The notes below the pieces were generated by a model that saw only the letters and a program-made list of their open reading frames with translations, searched no databases and was not told the DNA's origin. The translations under genes and the position numbers were made by a program. Shown here one piece after another: positions 1 through 13,203 of a stretch of 64,000 bases of DNA; the first letter of the stretch is position 1, and every line of letters starts with the position of its first letter. The stretch lies in the NCBI RefSeq assembly GCF_006345805.1, contig NC_043004.1, forward strand, positions 49,910,001 through 49,974,000, read 5' to 3'. Origin of the DNA: Octopus sinensis. Lineage: Eukaryota.

Positions 1-19
1 GTTCAAAATAAGAAGTGAT

Positions 20-720
20 AAAAATTCAAAATTATAGAAATTTAAACGTAAAGCATGAACGAAAGCAACCAGCGTCCACTCGTTGATGGAACGACATCAT
101 CAGTTTTTAAGATTCGATTTTATAACAGGCGAAAAGAAAAAACAACAGAAAAAAGAAGACGACACAAAAAAGGAAAGAAATAAGAGAAGAAGAAGAAGAA
201 TATTTAATCAAACAGTTTTGTATAAATTTGATGATAATTCTCCTGTCATCTTATTCATTCCACCAGGGTGTGATATTAATAATCCACAAACGTATTTCTC
301 TTCATTACATTCTGAGAAGTGAAAGCGAAGCAGATCCAGAATATTTTCCGAGAATATGCGCTTTCAAGTCTTCTTCAAAATTGAAGCCGCTTGAAACGAA
401 ATGTTCAGCAAGTTCTGTCGAACTACTGCTATTGTGCCTGACGTCGAATCTGTGCCCATTAAACCTTTTGTTTAATTGTTCTGTTGTACAACAAACATAA
501 ATCAAGTTGTGTTTCATGCATTCTGCAGCGTACACCAAATGGGAATCTCTACATGTCCCACCCTCTGTATAAATCATAACATTTTTGCTATGTTTCCTGC
601 AGGGATTCACTTTACTCATGTTGTTGCACAATGAACAGGGCTTACCTCTCTTGCGGCCGTTTTTCAAGGCACAGCGTGCAGATACTTCAATGTTCGTTTC
701 CTTACAATGTTATGTTCTTT
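20..720 (-). mobile_element. Penelope-like retroelement 3' fragment (degenerate GIY-YIG endonuclease)
   Basis: The minus ORF 305..667 reads CRDSHLVYAAECMKHNLIYVCCTTEQLNKRFNGHRFD, a GIY-YIG pattern (VY..IYVG..T..L..RF..H). A decayed CTGATGA motif lies downstream near 107-113 on the minus strand. Confidence 0.65.
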
Positions 721-835
721 GATTATCTCCCTTGAAAACACGTTCATCATTTCCACATAACCTATGGTGGCGTTGCTGATTCCAAAGTTTATTTTCGTTT
801 CTCTATTAGTAATTTTACTCGTGTATCTATCTTAA

Positions 836-1010
836 AATGAACTGCTTGGGAGAGGTCTGCGGAGGATGACTTGACAAGCCTTGACTATTGGGATCGACTC
901 AAAAATATCAGGCTTTGCTCTCTCCACCGCTGCTATGAGCTCTATACCATCTGTATGATGTGGAAAATATTCCATCAACATTGCCCGTCTTTAAAATTCG
1001 TCCGAGGCTT
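836..1010 (+). mobile_element. CR1/L2-type LINE C-terminal fragment
   Basis: LDYWDRLKNIRLCSLHRCYELYTICMMWKI resembles the L.Y.ERL..L.L.SL..RR C-terminal motif of CR1-group ORF2 proteins. Confidence 0.5.
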
Positions 1011-1317
1011 GGCCCCCGTGCCATCCGACCACTACAGGAATGTTCGTGTCGTATCACAACACCATGACAGAACTATAACCTTTAAAAAAAAGCATGACAA
1101 CGTGGGTAGAGGCTGAATTCTTAACATTTCTGATGGTCTTAAGTGTAGAAAAAAAATATTAAAGATTTATATACATTCAGAGTATGTCTATACGCTATTG
1201 TATTTATTTTGAATTTTTATCACTTCTTATTTTGAACTTGACAAAACAGACTTACTGTTGAAATATAATCAACCAATGAAATATCTATTACAATCGAATC
1301 GCGCTCTTTGTCTTGAC

Positions 1318-1357
<40 letters not shown>

Positions 1358-1366
1358 GTTATTGTT

Positions 1367-1399
<33 letters not shown>
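1318..1399. repeat. (TAT)n/(TGT)n microsatellite
   Basis: Read directly from the sequence. Confidence 0.95.
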
Positions 1400-1400
<1 letters not shown>

Positions 1401-3604
1401 TGCTTGTAAGAGACATCTTTTCTAAGCTCGTGAGGTATTGTTGAATTTCGTTATTTTAAAGTAAGATATTTGTATTTTTGCCGTACCATCTTTCTAATAA
1501 TCTAACTTGCATCCTCTGGGGTTAGTTGGCTTCTTCATTTGCGTGCCCTTCGGTGTGAAATTCGTGTTATATTCTAAAAATCAATTCACTTCTTAAAAAC
1601 AACAAAACCTGGCGTTCAATTTTTCGGCAAATTCCCACGGTATGAAACTAGAGATGGGAACAGCTGTTTTGATACCGACTTTGTGGCACTGTAGCAGAAC
1701 AGCATCAACCCCCACCACCACTATCATAACCAAACCAACCTAGACAACAACAATAACAGTAGCAACAATAACTACAATGACAAGACAAATGAAAAATGAA
1801 AACATAATAGCAACAACGAAATTGAAAACGACAAAAATGGGACCGTACAACAAAGAAAAACATCAATTTTCGATTCAACACACCTGCAAGTTCCACCTCC
1901 ATTATCACCGACACCATTACACCAATACAAAAATGAAAACAACGAGCAATTCTAATTTTAGCGGTTTCGCCGACGCGACTCGCTCTATAGTGAGGAAAAT
2001 AGTTCTAAATTTTGAAGATTTTTTTAAAAATGCAAAAAGTATTCTCATGAAATCCTATAATCCGTCCAGCTAGAAACCGATCTCAGAATAGTTGTATATA
2101 AAACTTTAGTCGCAAAAAGTAAAAACAGAACTGGCGACACAGCAGCCAATTGAAAAGTGTTTCAGATCAATCTGGGACACCAAAAAATATATAACCAAAT
2201 GAAAATAGTTCGGTACAGTCAAATCCCGTACAGAGGACGTACCCAAAAACAACGCTGAGGGGTGACGAACTGGTGCTCATCCCACTGTAAGACTAGCTTT
2301 TCTGCAGCTCGTGTCTGTAGTTCTGGATCAAGCGTAGGCCAATGCACGACACCTGGCACCTAGAGTGTCACAGAGCCCCTACATTCCCCAATCAGTTGTG
2401 CAATGTGGTCGGTGGAAGTTCTATTTTAGGATTATATAGAGGTTTAGAGGCGAGAAAGAGCGATTACGTTCTCAGTGAGGGACCACAGGTATTCGACATA
2501 ACTCTTAAGTCAGCCATACTCAAGCACTCGACGAGTGCGTGCTGAAGTTTCGTAATTCTGTTCGCATCTCGGACCGGTCGATTGATGGTACTTCCATGTC
2601 TGTTGGGCAATGCACCCCGGCAATGCACCCCGGTAGCACAGTCAGGACAGAGGTTTCTGGAAATTATCCATCGGCCCCGTACTGAAAGTCCTCCGGAGAC
2701 CAGCCAGTTGATTCTCACTGACGCCCAGAGTCTCCTTGAGAACGTAGTCGCTCTTTCTCTCCTCTAAACCTCGTACGCGGCGGATCCGTCTATCAGTCGA
2801 GTCGATTGTGAAGTGAGTCTCCTTGCATTCATTTGGTCAGGAAGGACAAGTAGTGTTTATCTGCCTGGTGATCTTAGCTAAAGTGGTTATGTGGTGGACC
2901 AGACTGAAATGATTGATGACAGACGCATTCTTCTTTAGCCAAACTCTCATCAAAAGTTTCAAGTTTCATTTGAAAAAGAAAGCGAGGGCGGAGAGGTAAG
3001 TACTGCCTTCCAGAAAATTTGTTGAAAAGTAGGTTAGAGGGCAAGAATGTTCCAAGTGAACGGGCTTGCTCTAAGCATGCATCTGTAGAGAGAGAGAAGA
3101 TAGGGAGAGGCCACTTGCCTTGAATATCTCCCCACCACACGTTCGAGATGTTTTTGTTTAAATTGTTATTTCTTTGTTGGTTATTTCTACTGTTTACTTC
3201 TATTTAATGCCATATATATTATCGAATCATATTATATTGCATTATTCTGTATCGTTCTCTACATGTTTGTAAATCATTGGTGTTTTATAAGGAAATCATT
3301 ATCGTTATTATTCTTATTTGCATAAAATGGATGGAGAAGGTTCAAACTGGATCCATGATATACCCGTATGACATGATGTTATCTCTTATTATAAAAGGCA
3401 GATTTTATCTGCCTCCCTTTGTATCTTATAGAAATCTACAATATAGGATTTCTTCAATTACAATTTACCTAGCATTTTAAGAGTAGAATGCATCGGGTCA
3501 TGCCAGGTCCAGTTTTTAAAATTTCAACTCCAATTAAGCAAAATTTAGAGAAAACTCACATTGTGGTGTATAAGTCAAATGCATTTCTTAGTGTGGGCTA
3601 CAGA

Positions 3605-3642
<38 letters not shown>

Positions 3643-4317
3643 AGCGATCTGATTCACTCACGCTATCATTCTTATTTCTACGACTTTCTCTTTGCAAGTC
3701 TACCTTACAACACTACTCAAAAAAAAAGCAGCAAACAGAAACAAATAAATACATAACGATTTACTCCTCACACAATTTCTTCAATTAGACTTTACCTATG
3801 ATTTTTCAAAGAACTTCCATTGGGTCATGCCATACAAAATTTCTTTCAATTTCACCCCCAATTAAGACAAAATTCGAGAAAACTCAATATTTTAACATTT
3901 CACTTTGAAGCCTTTACTCTGCCTATTACTCCCACTTCCTCTTTAGACACATAGACACGCTAATATATACGACAGTGTCAATTGTTGACAGACATTGTAA
4001 GCTAACGTGTGTGTGTGTGTGCGTGTGTGTCTGTGTGTGTGTGTGTGTGCGTGTGTGTGAGGGTGCGTGTGTGTGTGGTGTGTGTGTGTGACAGGGATGA
4101 CCCATTCAGACTGGTCATCCTTTTTGCTAGAAGATCACCTATGCTACACCACTGGTTTTCAGTTCATATTAATCAAATTAATATTCACAAGAAGAAGGAC
4201 TATTCATTATAATACATCAGTTCCATCGGACAATTGCACAAACATTTGCCATTTTACACATGTATGTAAACAAATTCCTTTCTTTTAGAATTTCAATTCA
4301 TTTTCTTTTTCAATTCA

Positions 4318-4672
4318 TACAAAGTTATTTAGGACGAATATAACATCTAAAGTTATCTCTAAGAAGCAGAAAGATCGCCCAAAAGTGTATATAGATATTT
4401 AAATGTATTTATATATTCATCTATACACACATGTATGTATAATGTGTGTGTATATATTTCCATAAAGGTAACCATTCACTCTGCACAAAGTTTTTTAGGA
4501 CGAAAATAACATCTAAAGTTATCTCTAAGAAGCAGAAAGATCGCCCAAAAGTGTATATAGATATTTAAATGTATTTATATATTCATCTATGCACACATGT
4601 ATGTATAACGTGTGTGTATATATTTCCATAGAGGTAACCATTCACTCCATACAAAGTTTTTTAGGACGAAAA
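4318..4672. repeat. ~166-bp tandem repeat (2 full copies plus the start of a third)
   Basis: ACAAAGTT(A/T)TTTAGGACGAA recurs near 4318, 4484 and 4651. The third copy is cut by the Helitron at 4673. Confidence 0.9.
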
Positions 4673-5517
4673 TCTTTATATATAAAAGAAAGGTTGTGTG
4701 TCTGTCTACTCCGATTTAGATTCCTAACTACTCCCACATTTTGCGATGCAGTTTAACCAAAACCGAGTATCTTATAGTCGTGATTCATATCGAGCCCTTC
4801 TGGGTATTAGCGCGCGTCTACGATGAGTCTACGATTTTACAAATAATTTACCATCATTTTTTCCCATTTTAATGCATTTTTTTTAAAATTAAGGGAAGTA
4901 ACTCTCAAACTTCACACCAATATGCGTGCTCATATGCGACGTAATATCACACCAGCAGCATTTCCTCACACCCTCATTGCACTTGGCGAAGGCAAAATAC
5001 CAGGGGATGAAAATGGTAATATTGCCATCGATTCCATTTGTACGATTGTTAAGACGCCTTCTGATCTCAGAGATGCAGTGTTCCAAGATCTACAAGCTAA
5101 TTATCAGAATATGGATTGGATGGCAAAAAGGCTATACTGCCCCAAGGAATAAAACTGTTCACCATATTAATGATGAAATGCTAAAACTCATTCCTGGGGA
5201 AGTCTATGTATATCAGTCTATCGATACTACTCCTGACCCAGAGGACGTCATCAACTATCCAATAGAGGTACTCAATTCCTTTGAGCACCCCGGACTACCA
5301 CCACACATTCTCAAACTTAAAGTTGGTGCCCCTATAATGCTCATCAGAAATTTGGTTCCCCCAAAACAATGCAATGGCACACGTTTGATCGTTAAGTCCT
5401 TATCTCCCAGCGTAAACTTATATCAATATTTGCCTGAATAATCATCATCATTCAGTGCAATCATTAACAGTACTTTCAAGTAATTCAGCCCCGAGCAACG
5501 CCGGGCAATTCTGCTAG
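4673..5517 (+). mobile_element. Internally deleted Helitron carrying a PIF1 helicase fragment
   Basis: 5' end is A^TC. 3' end is a CCCG..CGGG hairpin followed by CTAG^T. The frameshifted ORF contains PRNKTVHHIN..YPIEVLNSFEHPGLPPHILKLKVGAPIMLIRNL..CNGTRLIV, which are RepHel helicase motifs. Confidence 0.9.
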
Positions 5518-5789
5518 TGATTTATATAACTAAGCACTGATTTATCATAGAGGCATGGAAACATAAACATGTAGTGTAAAGGCAATTAGAAGATGTGGAG
5601 TTCATATCTTCTCCAAAGTGTTTAGACAGAAAGAAATGAAATGAATCTCGTTGCAAGATGTAATTGAAACCAAATCGCTTGTTTTGGTCTTTGATAACTT
5701 ATATCTATTTATCAATGATATAATATTAACAAGAGCACTCAGAGAGCACAAACCTCCACCAAGACAACACCAACGTTCTCTCAACGATT

Positions 5790-6108
5790 ATCCAGAGATG
5801 ATTTTTAAAATGGGAATATCTGAAATAAACTCGACTGCTCTCACAACCGAGAATACTAAAAATGAGCTCAACCGCTCTCAAAATTTAAGTAAAAAAAGCA
5901 GAAAAAATAATCCAGAATCCCTGTCCGGTACCGTATCAATCCCAACATCTAATCCGTTCGTGCCAGTCACGAGGTCAAACATTCCTGAAAGTTTCATCCG
6001 AATCCATCCATCGGTTCTTGAAATATCTTGTCCACGGACAAACAAACAAACAAACAAACAAACACGAGTGAAAGCAATACCTCTGCCGTCGCTAAGGTGG
6101 AGCTAATA
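5790..6108 (+). mobile_element. Non-autonomous Helentron/HINE-like element
   Basis: TTTCATCCGAATCC..GTTCTTGAAATATC is followed by a (CAAA)n tract and a terminal GC-rich stem-loop. The boundaries are approximate. Confidence 0.5.
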
Positions 6109-6601
6109 ATGGGTGGTGACATTAATTCATATTTCTTTCAAGTATATGCGGGTATGTGTGTGCTTTGGGTGTATGCATATTTGCGCGCATGTATGTGTGT
6201 AGGTTAGAGAGAGAAATAGGAAGAGAGAGTGAGAGAGAGAGAGAGGGAGAGAGACAATACACAGAGAGATAACGCGCAGAGAGAGATTATCCGCAAAGAG
6301 CGTGTATATGATAAAGGAGAGAAAGAGTGTGTATGTCATACACACCACACACACACACACACACACACACAAATAGACAGAGAGAGAGAGAGAGAGAGAG
6401 CGGGAGAGAGCGGGATAGAGAGGGGGGAGAGAGAGGGAGAACAAGAGATAATGCGCATTAGCTGCTAATGCATAAATGCATAAATGCAAATAATGTAAAG
6501 TTTTCATTCTATGAACAGTTCTTCTGCTGCTACAATTGCTAAGTCTGTATACTTCGCATCAGTGCTATATTATATACCTCATTATATCACGTCAACATTG
6601 T

Positions 6602-6632
<31 letters not shown>

Positions 6633-6742
6633 ACACACATATAGATACATAATTTTAACACCGTACTATATCATATGAACCATATGAACACTATGTTATA
6701 AGCACTCTCGGACACTTTATTTTATACATCACCCCTCAAAGC

Positions 6743-6820
<78 letters not shown>

Positions 6821-7619
6821 CGTCACTGGAGATGATTTCTCTTCCAAACCTAAAGCAAGAGATTCTATGCCTACATCCGAGTACCGCCCATCATCTCAGT
6901 AGTATTTTTGTCTTCGGAGAAAATACGAACCTTCAGTAACCGTGATCCACTTTGTACCGTGATCCAGTGGTCACTCTCCGTTGTCCACTGCACTCGCTTG
7001 ACATAGCAGTAAAATTTTTCCGAAATCACCTCCTGTTATCTTAGAAAAGAAAGCACATCTTGCACAATGTAATCTCCGATATAAAATTCCCGGAATGGTC
7101 ATAACTGGAACAACATTGTTTATATTCTTGCTCAATCTGAGCTGAGTTGGGGTTAAACAACAACAACTGCATTATCTATGAGTCTATTGTTTATTTTGTT
7201 TGTTTTAGCTTTTGCCAATTAATTTCATATTGAATAATTAATCACTGAATTAGTATGCTTTAAGATCAATGCGTAGAATAATAGGCCAACACAGCACAAT
7301 ATATATACTGGAATTAGTGTAACTACTACCTCATCGTAGTTACTACTACTTCAGCCACTTGCAACAGTACCATCACAATAAATACCATCACCACAACTGT
7401 AGCTGCAAATGCCACTACAAATACAATTACCAATACAAGCATCATCACTACTGTTGCTGCCTCTATTAAAGTCAACATCACTATCGTCACCACTAACACA
7501 GCTATCACCAGGCAGCAGTAGTAAGCTACTAATATAACCACCAGTACTACAGCCTCCTCAACTATTCCAGAACCCACCACTACAGAAGTATCAACGTCAC
7601 TATACCATATATTTACCAA

Positions 7620-8741
7620 ATGCCGGGTAAAAGAAACAAGATAATTGCAAAACTGCTGACAAATCCCAGTGTAGCAACAATGCCAGAAGACGAACCGAGG
7701 AATACATATTTGGAAAACAATCACCTTACCAAGCCTGTCACGTCGAGCACTGTTGTGTCTAACTGCAGGGAGTCTATTGATATGGACCACAGGCAACCAA
7801 TAGAGTTCTCACATGAAGAAATTCTGGTGGACGTTTTAAAACCTCTACTGCATTTCACGGCGCTCTCCGGTCAAGAATTTTATCCACCAGGTTATCTCAC
7901 TAAACGCCAACAATGTTTGTGTAAAGTTTTTAAGTGTATCGTTTTACTATTTTTGGTTGTGAATATATTACGGGTATCTTTCTTATTTGACATACATGCG
8001 ACTCAAGGAAAATTTATACTCATTTTGAACTTTGTGCTGTTTTATTGTATGGAAGTTTTTAAATATATTGTAAAGTTCATCTTTAACATCGTATATGGCA
8101 GAAGATTGTTAGAGAAATTCACGGCATATTTTCCCATGACAGAACAAAAATATTTCAGGAAATTAAAACGGAACGCTAAATTATTCGTGAAGATTTCAGC
8201 TTTCGTAATAATATTGAGCATAACACTAGTAACCTCAGTGTCTGCGACTGTATTCACGGACTCTACCGTGGGATCTTTATTACATATACCAATGTGCGAG
8301 AACAAAGCTATTGAAGTGATAAACACCATATCTTTAAGCTGGTTTGTCGCTTTTGGAATATTAAGCGATACTTTACTACTTAATTTCTTTTCGAAAATAA
8401 TCTGCTGTGAGCTGCATGCCCTCTCACAAAAGCTGAAAGCGCTCGACGAGCAACAACAAACAGTGAGCGACGACCAAGAGCAAACAGTTATCAGTAAGTT
8501 CATTCATCTACAGAAGAAATACGAAGAAATAATGGAGCTACTACAACTAGTCAACGGCTACTTCTCCATTTGTATAGTCGTGACGTTCTTGTTTGCTATT
8601 CTTGTCACTTGTACGCTGATCTACATTTTGTTTCAAGCGGATGTAGTCGCTGATGAAAAACTGGTTGTCTGTTCAATGGTAGTAACGCAGGCCTTCATGG
8701 CAATCTCTATTCTCTACAGCGGTATTTCTATACAAGTTGCT
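7620..8741 (+). CDS. GRL/7TM chemoreceptor variable exon V1 (N-terminus to ~TM6); spliced isoform ~466 aa (412 aa from the ATG at 7782)
   Basis: 374-codon open frame with about six hydrophobic segments and the motifs LKPLLHFTALSGQEFYP, ICCELHALSQKLK, KYEEIMELL and LYSGISIQVA. A phase-0 GTATGT donor is at 8742. It is paralogous to V2-V4. Confidence 0.88.
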
Positions 8742-8896
8742 GTATGTTTATTCCTTTATTTATTTGTTTATTTATTTATTTATTTGTTTGTTTATTTATT
8801 TATTGATTTATTTGTTATTATGTGTGCAGTACTTACATACATACACACACGAACACACATACTTTAGCAGATATGTATAATGCATATATGTGTGTC

Positions 8897-8968
<72 letters not shown>

Positions 8969-9102
8969 GAGGTGCTATACCCCAGTTAAGGGTACACGTG
9001 TCTGTGGAGGGCTCAGCCACTTACATGTAAATTTCACGAGCAGATTATTCCGTTGATCGGTTCAACAGGAATCCTCATCGTCGTAACCGACGTAGTGCCA
9101 CA

Positions 9103-9167
<65 letters not shown>

Positions 9168-9316
9168 CATACATATATATACATACACACACACACACAT
9201 ATATATATACATATACATACATACATATAATATATATACATACATACACATATATAATATATATACATATATATATATATACATATATATGCATACATAC
9301 ATATAATTACATATAT

Positions 9317-9362
<46 letters not shown>

Positions 9363-9714
9363 GTACATATATATATATATAATATATATATATAATATAT
9401 ATTATATATATATTATATATATATATATATATATACATATACATACATATATATATATATACATACATGTGTGTGTCTGTGTATATGTAGTATGTATTTG
9501 TATGTATGTATATGAATATTAATATTATTCAAGGCAGCGGAATGTTGGTCAACTGTACGTTCTGAGTTCAAATTCCGCCGAGGTTGATTTTATTACTGGC
9601 CTTGTGCCATAATTTGAAACCAGTATTGATAATATTCAAATAATCTATTTAGAATTTGTACACTATATTCATAATAATACGCAATTTATTGCGAATACAA
9701 GTTTTAATTATATT

Positions 9715-10501
9715 GAGTTACTGGATAGATTTAAAAAATAATGTTTTGTAACTAAACACTTTCAAACTTCGGACACTGGTAGAATGTGTCACATAAAACA
9801 TTTTTTACTCTTGGCGTTGTTGAAAAAATTCTGTATTTTGGAAGTTATTTCTTTTTAAAGTTGTATTTCGATAATTTCAACTAATCAATGATGTGTATTC
9901 TGCTGAACAAAATTACTGCCGTTGTTTGTCAACAACTATCGGCGGTGTATATTTCGTTTGTCACTGTTATTTATGACATCGTTCGTGTGTTTGTTCTGGT
10001 TTTAGCTTTAAAGTTTTAGGGTTAGGGTTTTAGAGTTAGTTAGGGATTTAGGGTTAGGGTTTTAGGGTTAGGGTTAGGGTTGGGGCTTTTTAGGATTAGA
10101 GTTACGAAAAAACTGAAAGATGAAGCACGAACACTTATGGTTGTGCCATGAAGTAAACATGCTTCAGATACACTCATTTATTCATACAAACATAACTGAG
10201 ATGAAATATGTCATAAGTAACAGTGACAAACGAAATATACACCACCGATAGTTGTTGTTGACAAGCAACAGCAGTAATTTTATTCAGCTGAATACACCTC
10301 ATTGATTGGTTGAAATTACCGAAATACGTCAACTCTAAAAAGAAATAACTTCCAAAATACAGAATTTTCTCAACAACGCCAAGAGTAAACTATGTTTTAT
10401 GTGACGCATTCTACCAGTATACGAAGTTTGAAAGTGTTTAGTCACAAAAAATTATTTTTAAAATCTGTTGGTCAAAAGGTAAAGAACCGAGTTACTAACT
10501 C
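9715..10501. mobile_element. Fold-back/MITE with ~250-bp inverted arms and internal TTAGGG-like repeats
   Basis: 9725-9978 is the reverse complement of about 10208-10468. A degenerate (TTAGGG)n tract occupies 10013-10100. Confidence 0.75.
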
Positions 10502-10839
10502 TGTAGGAACTTTTACATGGAGACCACTAAATTCAATATCTTTCTTTTGTCGTTCCAACACAACATTCTGGTATATCTCAAGTGAAATCTCAGAAAAAAG
10601 AGCCGAAATACTTTCATTTTTATTATATATCTAGGGCAAGTGAAATACGCCTTATTTTGCTTTTGAAATCAACATGAGAAATGATCCTAGTGTCCTAGTA
10701 CAGTATAGCTGTAGATTCGATTCCATTTCTTCTTCCGGGGAATTTTTCATTCGTGGCCTCCCAGTCGAGGTGCAATATATTGTATAAAGATGAGTTCTTC
10801 TTTGTAGATCAAGCCGTTCAACTCCCGGCTAAAACTGTT

Positions 10840-11107
10840 TAGGGCCCAGTGGTTAGGGCAGCGGACTCGCGGTCGTAGGATCGCGGTTTCGATTCGCAGA
10901 CCGGGAGTTGAGTGAAAACACCTAAAAGCTCCATGAGGCTCCGGCAGGGGGTGGCGATCCCTGTTGTACTCTTTCACCACTCTTTCTCCAACTCTTTCTT
11001 CTGTTGGCCTGCTCGCTTAGCCACCGAGGTGGCGTCATTCGAAGGTTAAAATAATGCGAACGCATTGTGACCAGCGATGTGTAACTACATCTGATGGACT
11101 TGTCGGT

Positions 11108-11115
<8 letters not shown>
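10840..11115 (+). mobile_element. tRNA-derived SINE
   Basis: A-box-like CAGTGGTTAGGGC and B-box-like GGTTTCGATTC, then the element body and a (TA)n tail. Confidence 0.75.
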
Positions 11116-11157
<42 letters not shown>

Positions 11158-11296
11158 TTGTATTATAACTGTATAATGTATATATATATGTGGAGGCATG
11201 TAGTTTTCCCTGTGCGAATGTAAGTGAATATATACATATATATATATGTATATATATATTATATATATATATATATATATAATATATATATATAAG

Positions 11297-11374
<78 letters not shown>

Positions 11375-11381
11375 CAATATA

Positions 11382-11438
<57 letters not shown>

Positions 11439-11879
11439 ATATTATATATATTTTATTACTGAATTTGGCGAAACTGCAGTATAAGAAAAGTTAAGTTTGT
11501 AAAAGTTTTTAATTCTCATCTCACTAAATTTATCCAGCTATTGTGTATCTAGTGCACTCTTCGCCTTGAATGTAATGATATATATATGTATAATATATGG
11601 CGTGTACTGGTACACCGGCGATTATAATTAATTTTATTGTATCGCATTTATCTTTGTTTATATATATATATATATATATATAGCATATATATAACGGGAA
11701 GCTTTATGAAAATAAACAAAAGACGAAGGCAGGTGGAAAACAAACGAACAATTGTATTAGTATGGCGCTCAGGAAATATAAATAAAACAAGTCTTTAACG
11801 TTTCGAGCCTACGCTCTTCAACAGAAAGATACACAGAAAGAAGGAGAGAAAAAAAATGCGTGCAGTAGCTAACGAATCA

Positions 11880-13203
<1,324 letters not shown>

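Noticed and set aside
60-113. Hammerhead on the minus strand at the first Penelope fragment
   Set aside because: CUGAUGA and stem II are present but the GAAA core is lost, so it is decayed. The motifs near 13830-13880 and 14680 are similarly incomplete.
7326-7796. 156-aa V-rich minus ORF overlapping V1
   Set aside because: It is the antisense of an (ACC/ACT)-rich low-complexity leader and has no domain features.
8742-8867. Read-through C-terminus of the 415-aa ORF 7620..8867
   Set aside because: It is intronic (TTTA)n low-complexity sequence after the conserved GTATGT donor and lacks the TM7 motif.
10013-10100. True telomere or chromosome-fusion site
   Set aside because: The tract is short, degenerate and enclosed within the arms of a fold-back element.
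10850-10915. tRNA gene
   Set aside because: It has A and B boxes but no full cloverleaf, and continues into a SINE body. The same applies to 18260, 19960-20023 and 49775-49830.
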